A DNA stretch of 64,000 nt from positions 14,420-78,419 of the forward strand of contig JADLBM010000014.1 of NCBI GenBank assembly GCA_020847715.1, given 5' to 3'. The DNA is from Candidatus Yanofskybacteria bacterium (GTDB lineage Bacteria > Patescibacteriota > Minisyncoccia > 2-02-FULL-40-12 > GWA2-44-9). Positions 1 to 10,900 of this stretch are shown piece by piece. Positions within the stretch are counted from its first letter, which is position 1; each line of letters starts with the position of its first letter. The position numbers and the translations under genes were made by a program. The notes under the pieces were generated by a model. That model worked only from the letters and a program-made list of their open reading frames with translations, had not been told where the DNA came from and did not search any database.

Positions 1-228
1 CGCTGCTTTCGCCTGATGCGCGCTTCCTTCTTATCAATGCGTATGCGACCAACACGTCCGAGCTTGCGCTCAAGAATCTTCTTGAAGATGCGATGGCGGG
101 TCGTGGTGGAACGATTGAGGCAGGACAGCTGTGCCTCCAGCAGCGCGGGGGACGCCTCCTCTCGACCGGCATCTTTGCCCGCTGGTCGCGCTCGGCGTAG
201 ACTGGACAACACCTAATTCGTGTTGTAT
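1..228 (-). CDS. partial hypothetical protein: N-terminal part, continues beyond the window start. Basic and lysine/arginine rich (…RHRIFKKILERKLGRVGRIRIDKKEARIRRKQ…).
   Basis: Open frame on the minus strand from a GTG/TTG near 225-228 running off the window edge. Composition is protein-like, unlike the Arg-rich plus-strand ORF 16..216. No SD seen. Confidence 0.25.
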
Positions 229-383
229 TGTTTATCCACGCCTGCACACTGCGTGCGGTAGCGTGCGTGCCCTAATCCGGCGCGCGCTGTTTGAAAACCC
301 CTGACGGCCGTCGGAAGCGTATATCCGGCCGCTGTCACCCGCTCTGGCCGTATCGCACGGACAGAGCCGGAAAGGAACCTGCG

Positions 384-1247
384 ATGATTGACGGAACTGC
401 TGGACCCAGCCTCAAAGATGTCAAACCGATCCGTCTCCACTGGGCAGTCATACTCATGGCGTCCGTCTGGGGTGGATTTCTCTTTGCAGTCCATAAGAGT
501 GCGCTGGGCGACGACTTCAAGTTCCTCCTGGGAATGCTTGCGCCTGCCGTTTTGATGCTCTACATCTATGTGCTCGGCGGCCCAAAGAAGCTCTTCATGG
601 ATTGGTTCGCATGCAACTTTTGGGGCTACTACTGGGTGTTGCGGCGAACCGGGCAGAACACCTTTGCTGGCGAGGTCGTAAACGCTCGCAACCGTGAGTA
701 TGCTGCGCGAGGGGAGTGGGCAATCTATCTCCCCATCGGTGGCTGGTTCAACCGGCCCTACTTTCGGTATGGCAATCAGAGCCCGCTTGGCACGCTTGTG
801 ATCACCCGGGTGCGCCGGGAGTGGCTGGAAGACTTTGCGGAAATCACCGTGCAGGATCACATCGGCAATCGCCTGTCACATCATCCAGCGTGGTTCCTCG
901 AGCGTCTTTCCCAACTTCTTCCGCGGGAGCTTCCTTTTGGAGCAGAGGCGTTGCATCGCCTCATGACAACGGACGCCGAGCGGCTGGAGGTCGCAAAGAA
1001 AGTCGTCGAACAGGAGCGCGATGAGGCGAGGGCATCTTGGAAGAAGGCGAGCGCTGTAGCGTGCGGAGAGCTGGGAGTGCTGACAAAGGTCCTCCGAATC
1101 GCCGAGTCGAGCACCCGACTCCGGACGACCCGCGAGGGCAGAAAAATCTACGACCTCGTCGCCTACGAGGTGAACTGCATCAAGTTCTCGATGTCGCACT
1201 GGCTTCATCCTGAGGTTCGCTTGGACGACAAGAAGCCGTCCGCCTAA
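384..1247 (+). CDS. hypothetical membrane protein
   Basis: Long ORF, re-started at the internal ATG (MIDGTAGPS…). Hydrophobic segments. Followed by a terminator hairpin. Confidence 0.5.
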   Translation: MIDGTAGPSLKDVKPIRLHWAVILMASVWGGFLFAVHKSALGDDFKFLLGMLAPAVLMLYIYVLGGPKKLFMDWFACNFWGYYWVLRRTGQNTFAGEVVNARNREYAARGEWAIYLPIGGWFNRPYFRYGNQSPLGTLVITRVRREWLEDFAEITVQDHIGNRLSHHPAWFLERLSQLLPRELPFGAEALHRLMTTDAERLEVAKKVVEQERDEARASWKKASAVACGELGVLTKVLRIAESSTRLRTTREGRKIYDLVAYEVNCIKFSMSHWLHPEVRLDDKKPSA

Positions 1248-1252
1248 CCCTC

Positions 1253-1285
1253 ACCCCCGCCTTGCAAAGGGCGGGGGTCTTTCTA
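1253..1285 (+). terminator. rho-independent terminator (cccccgcc-ttgcaaa-gggcggggg + T-rich)
   Basis: Perfect GC hairpin followed by tctttct. Confidence 0.6.
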
Positions 1286-1427
1286 TACTGGGAGTGCTAT
1301 GAAGAAGAAGCTCCTCATCTTGCTGGGGATTGCTATCGCGGTAGGTATCGCGTTCGTGTTCTCGCGGCCGGCGGCAATCGCTCCGAATGGCGAATCTCCG
1401 CTTCCCACGGCAACGCGGTAGCACCCT

Positions 1428-2537
1428 ATGCGCGACCCCATCTCCACGCGCCTGATTGAGGCGTTCTATCGCTCTGCGGCAAAGCCGCTTCTGTTTCGGG
1501 CAGATCCCGAGCGTGTGCACGACCGCTTCACGGCGGTTGGCAGAGTGCTTGCATCCACCGGACTCACGCGGCGACTCACGCGTGCACTTTTTCGCTACGA
1601 CGACCCGATCCTTGCAACCGATGTCGCCGGCGTCCATTTTGAGAATCCCGTCGGTCTTGCGGCAGGGTTTGATAAGAATGCCCAGCTGTGGAACATCCTT
1701 CCGGATGTGGGATTTGGTTTTGCTGAGCTGGGAAGTATCACTGGAAAGCCATGTGAAGGAAATCCAAAGCCGCGACTGTGGCGTATGCCCGAGCGCGAAG
1801 CTCTGCAGGTGTACTACGGACTGAAGAACGACGGCGCGGAGGCTATCGCCGCGCGACTTCGCGGTGTGCGTTCGCGCATGCCTCTTGGCATTAGTGCCGC
1901 AAAAACCAACAGCGCCGAAACAAGCGATCCCGACGCTGCTATTTCGGACTACTGCGCCGTCATCGACGCATGTCGCGACATCGCCGGCTACTACACGATA
2001 AATATTAGCTGTCCCAACGCATTCGGTGGGCAACCGTTTACGGATCCCGCTCTACTCGACCGGCTTCTTGCGGCAGTCGATGCGCGGGCGGTTCGGCAAC
2101 CGGTGTTCGTGAAGCTCTCACCCGATCTCGACGACACGCAGCAGGATGCCGTTCTTGAGGTGCTCGGCGGACATCGAGTGCAGGGTATCGTGTGTACGAA
2201 TCTTACGAAGGATTACCGGCGGGTCGGCATTGAGGACGCACAGGTTCCGGGGCGTGGCGGTATTTCAGGGCGCGTTGTCCAGCAGGTTGCGGAGCGGCAG
2301 CTTGCGCGCATGTGGCAGCGGACGCAGGGGAAATATGCACTCATCGGTGTCGGCGGCATTTTCACGGCGGAAGACGCATATCGAAAAATTCGACTCGGGG
2401 CATCGCTGGTCCAGCTCATCACCGGTATGGTCTACCGAGGACCGCAGGTTATCGGACAGATTAATCGCGGTCTTGCCGCGCTGCTCCGTCGCGACGGGTT
2501 CAAGAGTGTCGCCGAGGCGGTTGGAGTAGGGACCTAA
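1428..2537 (+). CDS. pyrD: dihydroorotate dehydrogenase (quinone), class 2
   Basis: 369 aa. Motifs GLAAGFDKN, ISCPN and GVGGI are typical of class 2 DHODH. Confidence 0.9.
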   Translation: MRDPISTRLIEAFYRSAAKPLLFRADPERVHDRFTAVGRVLASTGLTRRLTRALFRYDDPILATDVAGVHFENPVGLAAGFDKNAQLWNILPDVGFGFAELGSITGKPCEGNPKPRLWRMPEREALQVYYGLKNDGAEAIAARLRGVRSRMPLGISAAKTNSAETSDPDAAISDYCAVIDACRDIAGYYTINISCPNAFGGQPFTDPALLDRLLAAVDARAVRQPVFVKLSPDLDDTQQDAVLEVLGGHRVQGIVCTNLTKDYRRVGIEDAQVPGRGGISGRVVQQVAERQLARMWQRTQGKYALIGVGGIFTAEDAYRKIRLGASLVQLITGMVYRGPQVIGQINRGLAALLRRDGFKSVAEAVGVGT

Positions 2538-2710
2538 ACAGAACACCCAGATGAGCGTTCTGTTGTTATGTGGGGACCTAGCGGGTATCGATCCCGCGAC
2601 CGCGCTTCCACAGAGCGCTGTGATACCATTTCACCATAGGTCCCATATCAACGAAGCAGCTTGCAGGACGGGAGGAATTATACCAGAATTCCACCGACTA
2701 CGCAATTTCC

Positions 2711-3292
2711 ATGCCGGTCATTACCATCGTTATTTCTGAGATTGCGGCGGTTCTCACCCGCTTTGCGGGGCACACCTGGTACGACGCTGTTTCGTACGGT
2801 CTTGTCGTTCCGGTGCTCGCGTTCGTGCCGAGCGCTATCCATCGACAGGCACCGCAGCTTTCGCCACGATGGCGAACAATGATGGAATGGCTGGCATTCG
2901 CACTCCTCGCAATCACTGCGCCGGCGACGGTGAAGCTGCACGCGATGGGGTTTCAGTACGACCGCTTCCTGCACTTCGCCGCGGCCTTTCTATCGCTCTT
3001 TGTCGCTGTCGGTATACTCACGGCGTATCGGCCGGAATTTGTGCGGCGGGGCTCGCGGCTCGTCGGTGCTGCGGCGCTATTCATGGTTGCCGCTCTCTTC
3101 GTGTGGGAGGGACATCAGTATACCGCCGACCGTATCTTCGGGACGCGACTGTTCTATGATTCACAGCAGTCTATGAAGCGAGACTTCTGGGAAGATATTG
3201 GATTTGGTATGCTGGGCATTATCGGTGGGCTCTGCGTGCTTGTCCCTCGGCGGGGACAGCTCGCCGAACTCACGCTACCACCTATCTCATGA
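2711..3292 (+). CDS. hypothetical integral membrane protein
   Basis: 193-aa ORF with several hydrophobic helices. Confidence 0.5.
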   Translation: MPVITIVISEIAAVLTRFAGHTWYDAVSYGLVVPVLAFVPSAIHRQAPQLSPRWRTMMEWLAFALLAITAPATVKLHAMGFQYDRFLHFAAAFLSLFVAVGILTAYRPEFVRRGSRLVGAAALFMVAALFVWEGHQYTADRIFGTRLFYDSQQSMKRDFWEDIGFGMLGIIGGLCVLVPRRGQLAELTLPPIS

Positions 3293-3753
3293 GCGTTCCG
3301 GTATTCAAGACTTCACTGGTCATCGCGGTCGTGGCAGTTGCCGTTATTGCGGGGGCATGGTATTTTCTTGCCCCTCCAGATGCTACTCCAGTTGCACTGA
3401 GCGGCCGCATTGAGGGCATTACCGGATACCCGAGCGAGTTCAATCCGGAACAAACGGTATGCGCTCAGTCTGTGACCGATGCCGCGCTTGTCCGTTGTGT
3501 GGACGCGCCGGAGCAGGAGGGTTCGGTTGCGCCTACATTTAGCATCAAAGTTCCGGCGGGGCGATACACGGTCTATGCCATCTTGAAGGATCCAGCCGAC
3601 CTTGGGCTTACCGAGCAGAAAAAAGCGTACTGGAGCGCATTCGTCACCTGCGGATTCCTTGCGTCATGCGCCGACCACTCTCCGCTTGAAGTTATTGTGA
3701 GTTCGGGTGCTACCGTGACCGGCATTCAGCCGCACGACTGGTATACCAACTAG
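3289..3753 (+). CDS. hypothetical exported/membrane-anchored protein
   Basis: 154-aa ORF with an N-terminal hydrophobic helix. Its ATGA start overlaps the upstream gene's stop. Confidence 0.5.
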   Translation: MSVPVFKTSLVIAVVAVAVIAGAWYFLAPPDATPVALSGRIEGITGYPSEFNPEQTVCAQSVTDAALVRCVDAPEQEGSVAPTFSIKVPAGRYTVYAILKDPADLGLTEQKKAYWSAFVTCGFLASCADHSPLEVIVSSGATVTGIQPHDWYTN

Positions 3754-3756
3754 ACT

Positions 3757-3888
3757 ATGTTCAAATCTCTTTCCGACGACGAGAAAAAATTCGTGTGGTT
3801 CTGGATTTTCGTTTTCAGCTCGGCAGTCGGCTTTTGGGTCGTCTTTGTTCACTGGGCATGGCAGCTTGCCCGAGCATCTCTGGCATAA
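3757..3888 (+). CDS. possible small hydrophobic peptide (43 aa, MFKSLSDDEKKFVWFWIFVFSSAVGFWVVFVHWAWQLARASLA)
   Basis: Short ORF read by eye. Ends just before a strong bidirectional terminator. No clear SD. Confidence 0.25.
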   Translation: MFKSLSDDEKKFVWFWIFVFSSAVGFWVVFVHWAWQLARASLA

Positions 3889-3892
3889 AAAG

Positions 3893-3925
3893 ACCCCCGC
3901 ATCGGTTCGTTGATGCGGGGGAGCG
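3893..3925. terminator. bidirectional terminator hairpin (cccccgcatc…gatgcggggg)
   Basis: 10-bp perfect stem between convergent genes, with A-run and T-run flanks. Confidence 0.6.
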
Positions 3926-3928
3926 GGA

Positions 3929-4327
3929 CTAGGCCTCGGGGAAGAGCGAGTGATGCACGGAGTGCATGTTCGGATTTCCGTGCTGCTCCGCCTCTTCCTG
4001 ACACGGTCGGCACCGGCCGGCCAGCAGGTTCGCTGCGAGGCGCTTCCACGGGATGGCCTTCCGGCAATCAAGGCAGACGCCGTACGTTCCGGCCGCGAGA
4101 CGCGTGAGCGCGATGCATGCGGCGCGGTGCCGCTGCTGCGCCACACTGATCTCCAGCGCGGTCACGGTCGAGTTGACCTCGTGGTCGACGCTCTCGACGG
4201 AGTCGCCGACCGTGCGATTGACCACCTGCCCAGCCAGCCCATTGCGGGTCGACCGGAACAGTGCGGCGGACTCGTCTCGGATGGCCTCCAGCCTCTTTCT
4301 GATGGTGGCCTGACTCAAGTGCGACAT
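3929..4327 (-). CDS. DksA/TraR-family C4 zinc-finger protein
   Basis: C-terminal CLDCRKAIPWKRL…GRCRPCQ matches the DksA/TraR C4 zinc finger. Start re-set to MSHLSQ. Confidence 0.7.
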   Translation of the reverse strand: MSHLSQATIRKRLEAIRDESAALFRSTRNGLAGQVVNRTVGDSVESVDHEVNSTVTALEISVAQQRHRAACIALTRLAAGTYGVCLDCRKAIPWKRLAANLLAGRCRPCQEEAEQHGNPNMHSVHHSLFPEA

Positions 4328-4423
4328 GCGCACCTCCTCGAGGATTACAATAACATATTTAGCGTAATTGGTCAATATCTGGCGTCCTTCAAATTCCCGC
4401 CGTTTTCGCTATACTACCTCCAC

Positions 4424-6184
4424 ATGACGCATCAAGAGCTCCGTGAACGGTATCTCGCATTCTTCCGCTCGAAAGGGCACGCGGTTATTCCGTCCGCACC
4501 CGTGGTGCCACTGAATGATCCAACCGTGCTGTTCACGACCGCGGGGATGCACCCTCTGGTTCCGTACCTGCTGGGAGAGCCTCATCCAGCGGGCACGCGT
4601 ATCGCCGATGTCCAGAAGTGCATCCGCACGGGCGACATCGACGATGTTGGCGACGACACGCACCTCACATTCTTCGAGATGCTGGGGAACTGGTCTTTCG
4701 GGGACTACTTCAAGCAGGAGGCTATCTCGTGGAGCTTCGAGTTTCTTACATCCTCGGAGTGGCTCGGTATTCCGCTGGAGCGACTCGCGTTCACCTGCTT
4801 CGTCGGCGATGAGCATGCTCCAAAAGATGAAGAAGCCGCCGGCATCTGGCGCTCGCTTGGTGTTCCGGAGGAGCGTATCGCGTTCCTCGGCCGCGATGAT
4901 AACTGGTGGGGACCCGCCGGCACGACCGGTCCCTGTGGCCCCGACACCGAGATGTTCTACTGGATCGACAACGCGACTCCCGCACCGGAGCGCTTCAATC
5001 CGTCCGACAAGCGTTGGGTCGAGATTTGGAATGATGTGTTCATGCAGTATCGGAAGACTGAATCCGGTTCCTACGAGAAGCTCGCGAAACCGAATGTCGA
5101 CACCGGCATGGGGCTTGAGCGCACACTTACCGTGCTCACCGGCAAGCGCTCGGTGTACGAAACGGAGCTCTTCGTGCCGCTCCTTGCCGCGCTCCGCGAG
5201 CAGGCGACACTCGAACACGAGCACCGTGAGAAGTTTCTACGCATCCAAGCCGACCACCTGCGCGCCGCCGCGTTCATGATGACCGATGGCGTCGAACCAA
5301 CGAACAAAGACCGTGGGTATGTACTTCGCCGCCTCCTGCGCCGGAGCATGGTGTACGCGCGCCAGCTGGGCATGCACGAGTACTGGTGGCGCCCGATGAT
5401 GGACGCGCTTCGTGGTGTGCTCGGGGGCGTATACCCGGAGCTGGTCGCCAACGAGGAAGTCATTGACCGTGTCATCACTGCGGAGGACAAGAAATTTAGC
5501 ACAACGCTCGACAAAGGCCTCCGCGAGTTCGGGAAGCTTGAAGTTATCGATGGAGAGGCCGCATTCAATCTGTATCAGACCTATGGATTCCCGTGGGAGC
5601 TCACCTACGAGCTCGCCCATGCAAGAGGATTGAGCCCCGATCGCGGCGCGTTCGAACTTGCGTTCACAAAGCACAAAGATCTCTCCCGTACCGCATCAGC
5701 CGGCACCTTCAAGGGCGGTCTCGCGGACCATTCCGAGGTCGTCGTCCGCTACCACACCGCAACACACCTGATGCATCAGGCGCTGCGTACGGTGCTGGGC
5801 GACCATGTTATTCAAAAGGGGAGCAACATCAACGCCGAGCGCACACGGTTCGATTTCTCGCACCCGCAGAAGGTTACACCGGAAGAATTGCACCGCGTGG
5901 AGGAGCTCGTGAACGGGTGGATTCAGCGCGACCTACCCGTCACGCGCGAGATGATGTCGCAGGAGCGGGCGCGCGAGCTTGGCGCTATCGGCGCGTTCGG
6001 CGAGAAGTACGGGGACACGGTTTCTGTCTATACCGTCGAAGACCCCGCAACGCACGAGGTGGTCAGCCGTGAGTTCTGCGGCGGTCCCCATGTGGAGCAC
6101 ACGGGTGTCATCGGCCATTTCCGTATCCTGAAAGAGGAGGCCGTCTCCGCCGGCATCCGCCGCATCAAGGCGGTGCTGGAGTAG
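4424..6184 (+). CDS. alaS: alanyl-tRNA synthetase, short form (~586 aa: catalytic + tRNA-binding + editing domains, no C-Ala domain)
   Basis: N-terminal region matches the AlaS catalytic core. The C-terminal part carries the HxxxH…CGGxH editing-domain motif (HTATHLMH…FCGGPH). Start re-set to MTHQELRERY at 4424. Confidence 0.9.
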   Translation: MTHQELRERYLAFFRSKGHAVIPSAPVVPLNDPTVLFTTAGMHPLVPYLLGEPHPAGTRIADVQKCIRTGDIDDVGDDTHLTFFEMLGNWSFGDYFKQEAISWSFEFLTSSEWLGIPLERLAFTCFVGDEHAPKDEEAAGIWRSLGVPEERIAFLGRDDNWWGPAGTTGPCGPDTEMFYWIDNATPAPERFNPSDKRWVEIWNDVFMQYRKTESGSYEKLAKPNVDTGMGLERTLTVLTGKRSVYETELFVPLLAALREQATLEHEHREKFLRIQADHLRAAAFMMTDGVEPTNKDRGYVLRRLLRRSMVYARQLGMHEYWWRPMMDALRGVLGGVYPELVANEEVIDRVITAEDKKFSTTLDKGLREFGKLEVIDGEAAFNLYQTYGFPWELTYELAHARGLSPDRGAFELAFTKHKDLSRTASAGTFKGGLADHSEVVVRYHTATHLMHQALRTVLGDHVIQKGSNINAERTRFDFSHPQKVTPEELHRVEELVNGWIQRDLPVTREMMSQERARELGAIGAFGEKYGDTVSVYTVEDPATHEVVSREFCGGPHVEHTGVIGHFRILKEEAVSAGIRRIKAVLE

Positions 6185-6186
6185 AT

Positions 6187-6215
6187 TGACGTGAGCGGTT
6201 TTGTGCAGTATATTC
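6187..6215 (+). promoter_or_regulatory. sigma70-like promoter (TTGACG-17-TATATT)
   Basis: The -35/-10 hexamers with 17-nt spacing sit upstream of a GGAGGTG SD and the ATG at 6232. Confidence 0.4.
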
Positions 6216-6231
6216 GCGCTGGAGGTGACGC

Positions 6232-6543
6232 ATGGATTCGGAGAAGCTGTTCATCGTCTTTCTCATGTTCGGGGCGCCAGGAGCTGGGGTGTTCTTGGGT
6301 GTGGAGGGGACGATGCTGACGCTCGGCCTCGTAACCGCCACAGCATTGGCGGTCTCCTGGGTAACCGGCTTTACGAAAGAGCTGGGCGGCGGCGACTCTC
6401 TCATGCTCGGACCACTGAGCGACATCCTCGCGGTCATCGCAATCGCACTCTCCGTCACTGCTCTCGCCGCATGGGTGACTGTGGGGTTCCGATTCCTGTT
6501 CGTGACCGCGCATCCGCTCACCTGGGGCATGTTCTTCCGCTAG
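6232..6543 (+). CDS. small hypothetical membrane protein
   Basis: 103 aa, three hydrophobic helices, good SD. Confidence 0.5.
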   Translation: MDSEKLFIVFLMFGAPGAGVFLGVEGTMLTLGLVTATALAVSWVTGFTKELGGGDSLMLGPLSDILAVIAIALSVTALAAWVTVGFRFLFVTAHPLTWGMFFR

Positions 6544-6620
6544 TTCTGTCGGGGGCCTCGCATCACGCGGGGCCATTTTTGTACCTATCGTGAAGGCGCA
6601 TGTTCTGGTATATACATATC

Positions 6621-7028
6621 ATGAGCATTACCACGCGCTTCATTCTTGTATGCCGAGAAGCATTTCTGACGGCCGGCACCAATAATCTGAACCTTATCGG
6701 CATCTTCACGCAGATCAACGCCGAGCAATTCCCGTTCGCCTATCCGCACTTTGCGCTGGTGGTAAACTTCGATGTTGATAGGAGCGGGGAACACCGTCTT
6801 GAGGCCGACATTGTGGGTCCGACCGGCGCGCGTGTTGCGCATTCCGACCTGCCGGTAGTCGCCCATGCGGGGAACATGCAGGTCATCGCAAACTTCGAGC
6901 ACATGCAGTTCGCGGCACCCGGGACCTACACGTTCCGTGTTTCCATTGACGGCGCGCTTCTGGGTGAGCGTTCGCTCGACGTAAAGCCGGTTATTGCCCC
7001 CGGTCCTCAACAGAACAACCTTGCGTAA
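6621..7028 (+). CDS. hypothetical protein
   Basis: ORF 6600..7028 re-started at MSITTRF. No recognisable motif. Confidence 0.4.
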   Translation: MSITTRFILVCREAFLTAGTNNLNLIGIFTQINAEQFPFAYPHFALVVNFDVDRSGEHRLEADIVGPTGARVAHSDLPVVAHAGNMQVIANFEHMQFAAPGTYTFRVSIDGALLGERSLDVKPVIAPGPQQNNLA

Positions 7029-7971
7029 CTTCTGGTCCACGCTCCCGACGCCATTCTTCGTGCTCGCCCCGATGGCGGATGTTACCGACGTGCCGTTTCG
7101 GTCCATTGTGGCACAGTGCGGGCGACCCGATGTGTTCTACACCGAATTCGTATCGGCGCATGGCTTGGCCTCATCAGGACGCGAGCGGCTCTTGTTGGAT
7201 CTCGCGCTCACCGACCGCGACCACCCTATCGTGGCACAGTTCTTCGGCACGGTACCCGAGCATCTGCATGCGGCGGGGAAGCTTGCGCGAGAGCTTGGGT
7301 TTGATGGTGTCGACATCAACATGGGTTGTCCCGACCGCGCCATCATGAAGCAGGGCGCAGGTGCGGCGCTAATGCGGGAACCGTCGCGTGCGGTCGAGCT
7401 TATCGCGGCGTTGCGCGAAGGTGCTGGCGACCTGCCGGTTGCCGTGAAGACGCGGCTTGGCCTGCGGAGTACCGATGAAATGGATGCGTGGGTAGGGATG
7501 GTGCTGTCGGCAAAGCCCGATGTGCTCGTGGTGCACGGCCGTACCGTTAGTGAAATGAGCAAGGTGCCTGCGCACTGGGAGCTCATCGGTCGCGCTGCGC
7601 AGATGGCGCATGATGCAGGCGCGCTCTGCATTGGAAATGGCGATATCATGAGCCGCGCGCAGGGACTTGAGAGGGCGTCATTGTCGGGGGTTGATGGTGT
7701 TATGGTCGGGCGCGGCATCTTCCATAATCCATGGTTGTTTGCAGGTTCTCCCGAGCTGCGTACGCCCGCCGAGCGCCTCCGCCTCCTGCTCGCGCACACG
7801 GATGCGTGGGTCGCGCACTGGGGTGGTATCAAATCGTTCGATCTCATGAAGAAGTTCTATAAGGTGTATGTGTCCGGATGGGACGGTGCCGCGCACCTTC
7901 GCGCAAAACTTATGGAGGCGCACGACGCCGAAACCGTCCGCTCCATCGTCGCAGAAAGTGGTATCCTCTGA
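6994..7971 (+). CDS. dus: tRNA-dihydrouridine synthase
   Basis: Dus-family motifs LAPMADVTD and GVDINMGCP, ~320 aa. Confidence 0.85.
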   Translation: MPPVLNRTTLRNFWSTLPTPFFVLAPMADVTDVPFRSIVAQCGRPDVFYTEFVSAHGLASSGRERLLLDLALTDRDHPIVAQFFGTVPEHLHAAGKLARELGFDGVDINMGCPDRAIMKQGAGAALMREPSRAVELIAALREGAGDLPVAVKTRLGLRSTDEMDAWVGMVLSAKPDVLVVHGRTVSEMSKVPAHWELIGRAAQMAHDAGALCIGNGDIMSRAQGLERASLSGVDGVMVGRGIFHNPWLFAGSPELRTPAERLRLLLAHTDAWVAHWGGIKSFDLMKKFYKVYVSGWDGAAHLRAKLMEAHDAETVRSIVAESGIL

Positions 7972-7973
7972 AC

Positions 7974-10900
7974 ATGCCGACGACACCGGAATTCGAACGC
8001 CGCTACGGGATGCTGAATCCCCGCCAGAAGGAGGCGGTTGATGCGATTGACGGTCCGGTGATGGTTATCGCAGGTCCCGGCACGGGAAAGACAACCATCC
8101 TCACGCTTCGTATTGCGAATATTCTTACGAAGACGGACACACCGCCCGACGCCATTCTCGCGCTGACATTCACCGAATCCGGTGCCGCAGAAATGAAAGC
8201 GCGCCTCGCCGTGTTCATCGGAACCGACGCGTATCGCGTCACGATGACGACATTCCACTCCTTCTGTAATGGCATTATCCAAGAGTACCCAGAATCGTTT
8301 GGGGCGCTCGCAGGGGCGGCATCGCTTGCGGAGACCGACCAAGCAGTCCTTGTGCAGGAACTCATCGATACGACCGCTGGGCTTGAGCTGTTACGGCCAG
8401 TGAACGCACCCGATTTGTACTTGAAGGCCGTACTTGCGAGCATCAACACGCTGAAGCGGGAGGATGTGGAGCCGGAACGACTACGGCAGATCGCCGAGCA
8501 GCAGGAGCGCGCCGTGATGACCGCCGACGACGTGTACCACGAAAAGGGTGCATATAAAGGAACAATGAAGGGCGTGTACAGCGATGCGTTGAAGCAGGCT
8601 TCGAAACTGAAAGAACTTGCGGCGGTGTATCAGGCGTACCAGCACGCACTTCGGGAGCGAAAGCTGTACGACTACAACGATATGGTTATGGAGGTGGCGC
8701 GCACGCTTCGCACTGACGAGGAGCTACGACTTCTCCTGCAGGAGCGATACCACTATTTCTTGGTGGACGAGCATCAGGACACGAACAATGCACAGAACAC
8801 GGTCATTGAGCTCCTTGCATCATTCTGGGAGCGGCCGAATCTGTTTGTAGTCGGCGATGCGAAGCAGGCGATCTATCGCTTCCAAGGTGCGTCTACGGAG
8901 AATTTTACCTATTTCCAAAACAAGTATCAGGAAGTTCGCCTCATCGAACTTGATGCCAATTATCGGTCGAGTCAGGCGCTTCTTGACGCGGCCCATGGTG
9001 TGCGGCCGTCGGGAGGAGATGGTCTCCACGCGCAGAGCGCACATCCGGACGCACTCATTAGTCTGCTCGCCTGTAGTGATCCTGATGCGCAGTCGTGGAT
9101 CGTCACGCAACGGATCCGCGAGTACATCGAGCAGGGGACTCCGCCCGAACAGATCGCCGTTCTGTATCGCGACAATGCCGACGGGCTCGCACTTGCGGAG
9201 TTCTTGCAGCGGGCAAATATTCCGTATGCCATATCGGCGACGCGCGACATGACCGCCGACCCACTCATGCGGCAGCTCCTCGCTATTCTCGATGCGGCGG
9301 CGCAGTTCGGGAGCGCGGAGGCGCTGTATCCGGCGCTTCACGCTCCGGTGCTGGCAATTGATCCGCTTGACCTCTACAAGCTCATTGACGCGTGCCGTCA
9401 GGGGCGGAATCCCTACGATGTCATGCGGTCTCCCGCGCTCATGCATCAGGCGGGCATCGATGATGTGCCGCGGATGCAGGCGCTCGCGGCGTCGCTGGCG
9501 CGATGGTCGCGCCAGATGCGGCAACCGACCGCGGCGGAAACGCTTGAGCTGGTCGTTCGAGAGTCCGGCGTGCTGGATGCTGCGGTGGCAGATGCAGATT
9601 CCCATGACCGGCTCGCCCTCCTCCATGGGCTGTATGACCGAATTCGTTCCCATGTCCAGCGCGATCGGGCGCTCACGCTTGCAGCATTCGTAGAGCATCT
9701 CGCATTCCTCCGTGAACGCGGCATCTCGCTCACCGCCAAAGGCGGTGGCGTCGCGCCGGGGAAAGTGCGCCTCATGACCGCGCACAAGAGCAAGGGACTG
9801 GAGTTCGATGTCGTGGTTCTCATTGATTGCGTTGATGGTCACTGGGGCTCGCGCACTCGCCGTTCGCTCATCAAGCTGCCACCCGAGGTGTTCGCAAAGC
9901 CTGCCGGTGCGGTCCCGAGCGCACCTGAGGGAGACGACGAAGAGCGGAACCTGTTCTATGTTGCTCTCACGCGTGCCCGTCGGCAGGTCATCCTCGCGCT
10001 CCCTGAGCGAGACCGCGACGGGAATGAACAGCTTCCGGCGCGCTACATTGCCGATATTCGTCCTGAGCTCGTCGTGCGTCCCGAGATGGCTGCCGCGGAG
10101 GAGGCGTGGACCGCTGCGCGCGCAGTTCGGTTCGCGGCGGCGCCGGAGCGTGCCGCACAAATTGGCGAGAAGGCGTTCTTGAACGACCTCTTTACGCGAC
10201 AGGGACTCTCGGTTACCGCGTTGAACAACTACCTCGCCTGTCCGTGGCGGTATTTCTATTCAAACCTTGTCCGCATTCCTGAGGCGCCCGCATTCGCCCT
10301 CATGTACGGCAATGCAGTGGATCGCGCGCTGCAGGAGTATTTCGACAAGCTTCGAGAGGGAGAGCGCGGAACGAAAGCAGAGCTTTGCGCAATCTTTGAG
10401 CGCTTCCTCGCGGACCAACCGCTACAGACGGTGGAGCTCGCTCGGGCGCGTGCCAGAGGCATTGCCGCATTGAGTGCGTACTACGATCGGTACCACAGTG
10501 AATGGCATGCGAACATCATCAACCAACTTCGCATCCCTGCCGTCGAGCTTGCGGATGGACTCATCCTGAATGGGAAAATAGACAAGGTAGAGCTCCTCGA
10601 TGCCTCGGGAGCAGTTCGCGTCATAGATTACAAAACCGGCGCGCCGAAAAGTCGCGGGCACATTGCCGGAACCACAAAGAGCGGGGATGGGAACTACCTT
10701 CGCCAACTCGTGTTCTACAAACTGCTCTTAGATCGCTGGCAGAATGGCCGCTACCGCACGGGAGTCGGAGTCATCGACTTTGTCGAGCCGGATGAACGAG
10801 GAAAGCTCCACCGTGAGGAATTCGCGCTGACGCCTGCGATGGTTTCCGAGCTTGAGGCAATCATTCAGAGGGTCGCGCAGGAGATTCGCGAGCTCACCTT

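Noticed and set aside
213-860. 215-aa minus-strand ORF antisense to the 384..1247 membrane gene
   Set aside because: Arg/Pro/Ala-rich composition typical of a spurious antisense ORF in high-GC DNA. No SD. The plus-strand gene has the better coding signal.
4409-5674. Several long ORFs (4409..5224-, 4515..5279+, 5071..5568-, 5237..5674-) inside alaS
   Set aside because: All overlap the well-supported alaS frame. They are low-complexity Arg/Ser-rich, consistent with chance ORFs in alternative frames of a GC-rich gene.
8820-10160. 446-aa minus-strand ORF inside the helicase-nuclease gene
   Set aside because: Antisense to a gene with clear helicase and nuclease motifs. Composition is Arg-rich with no motif.
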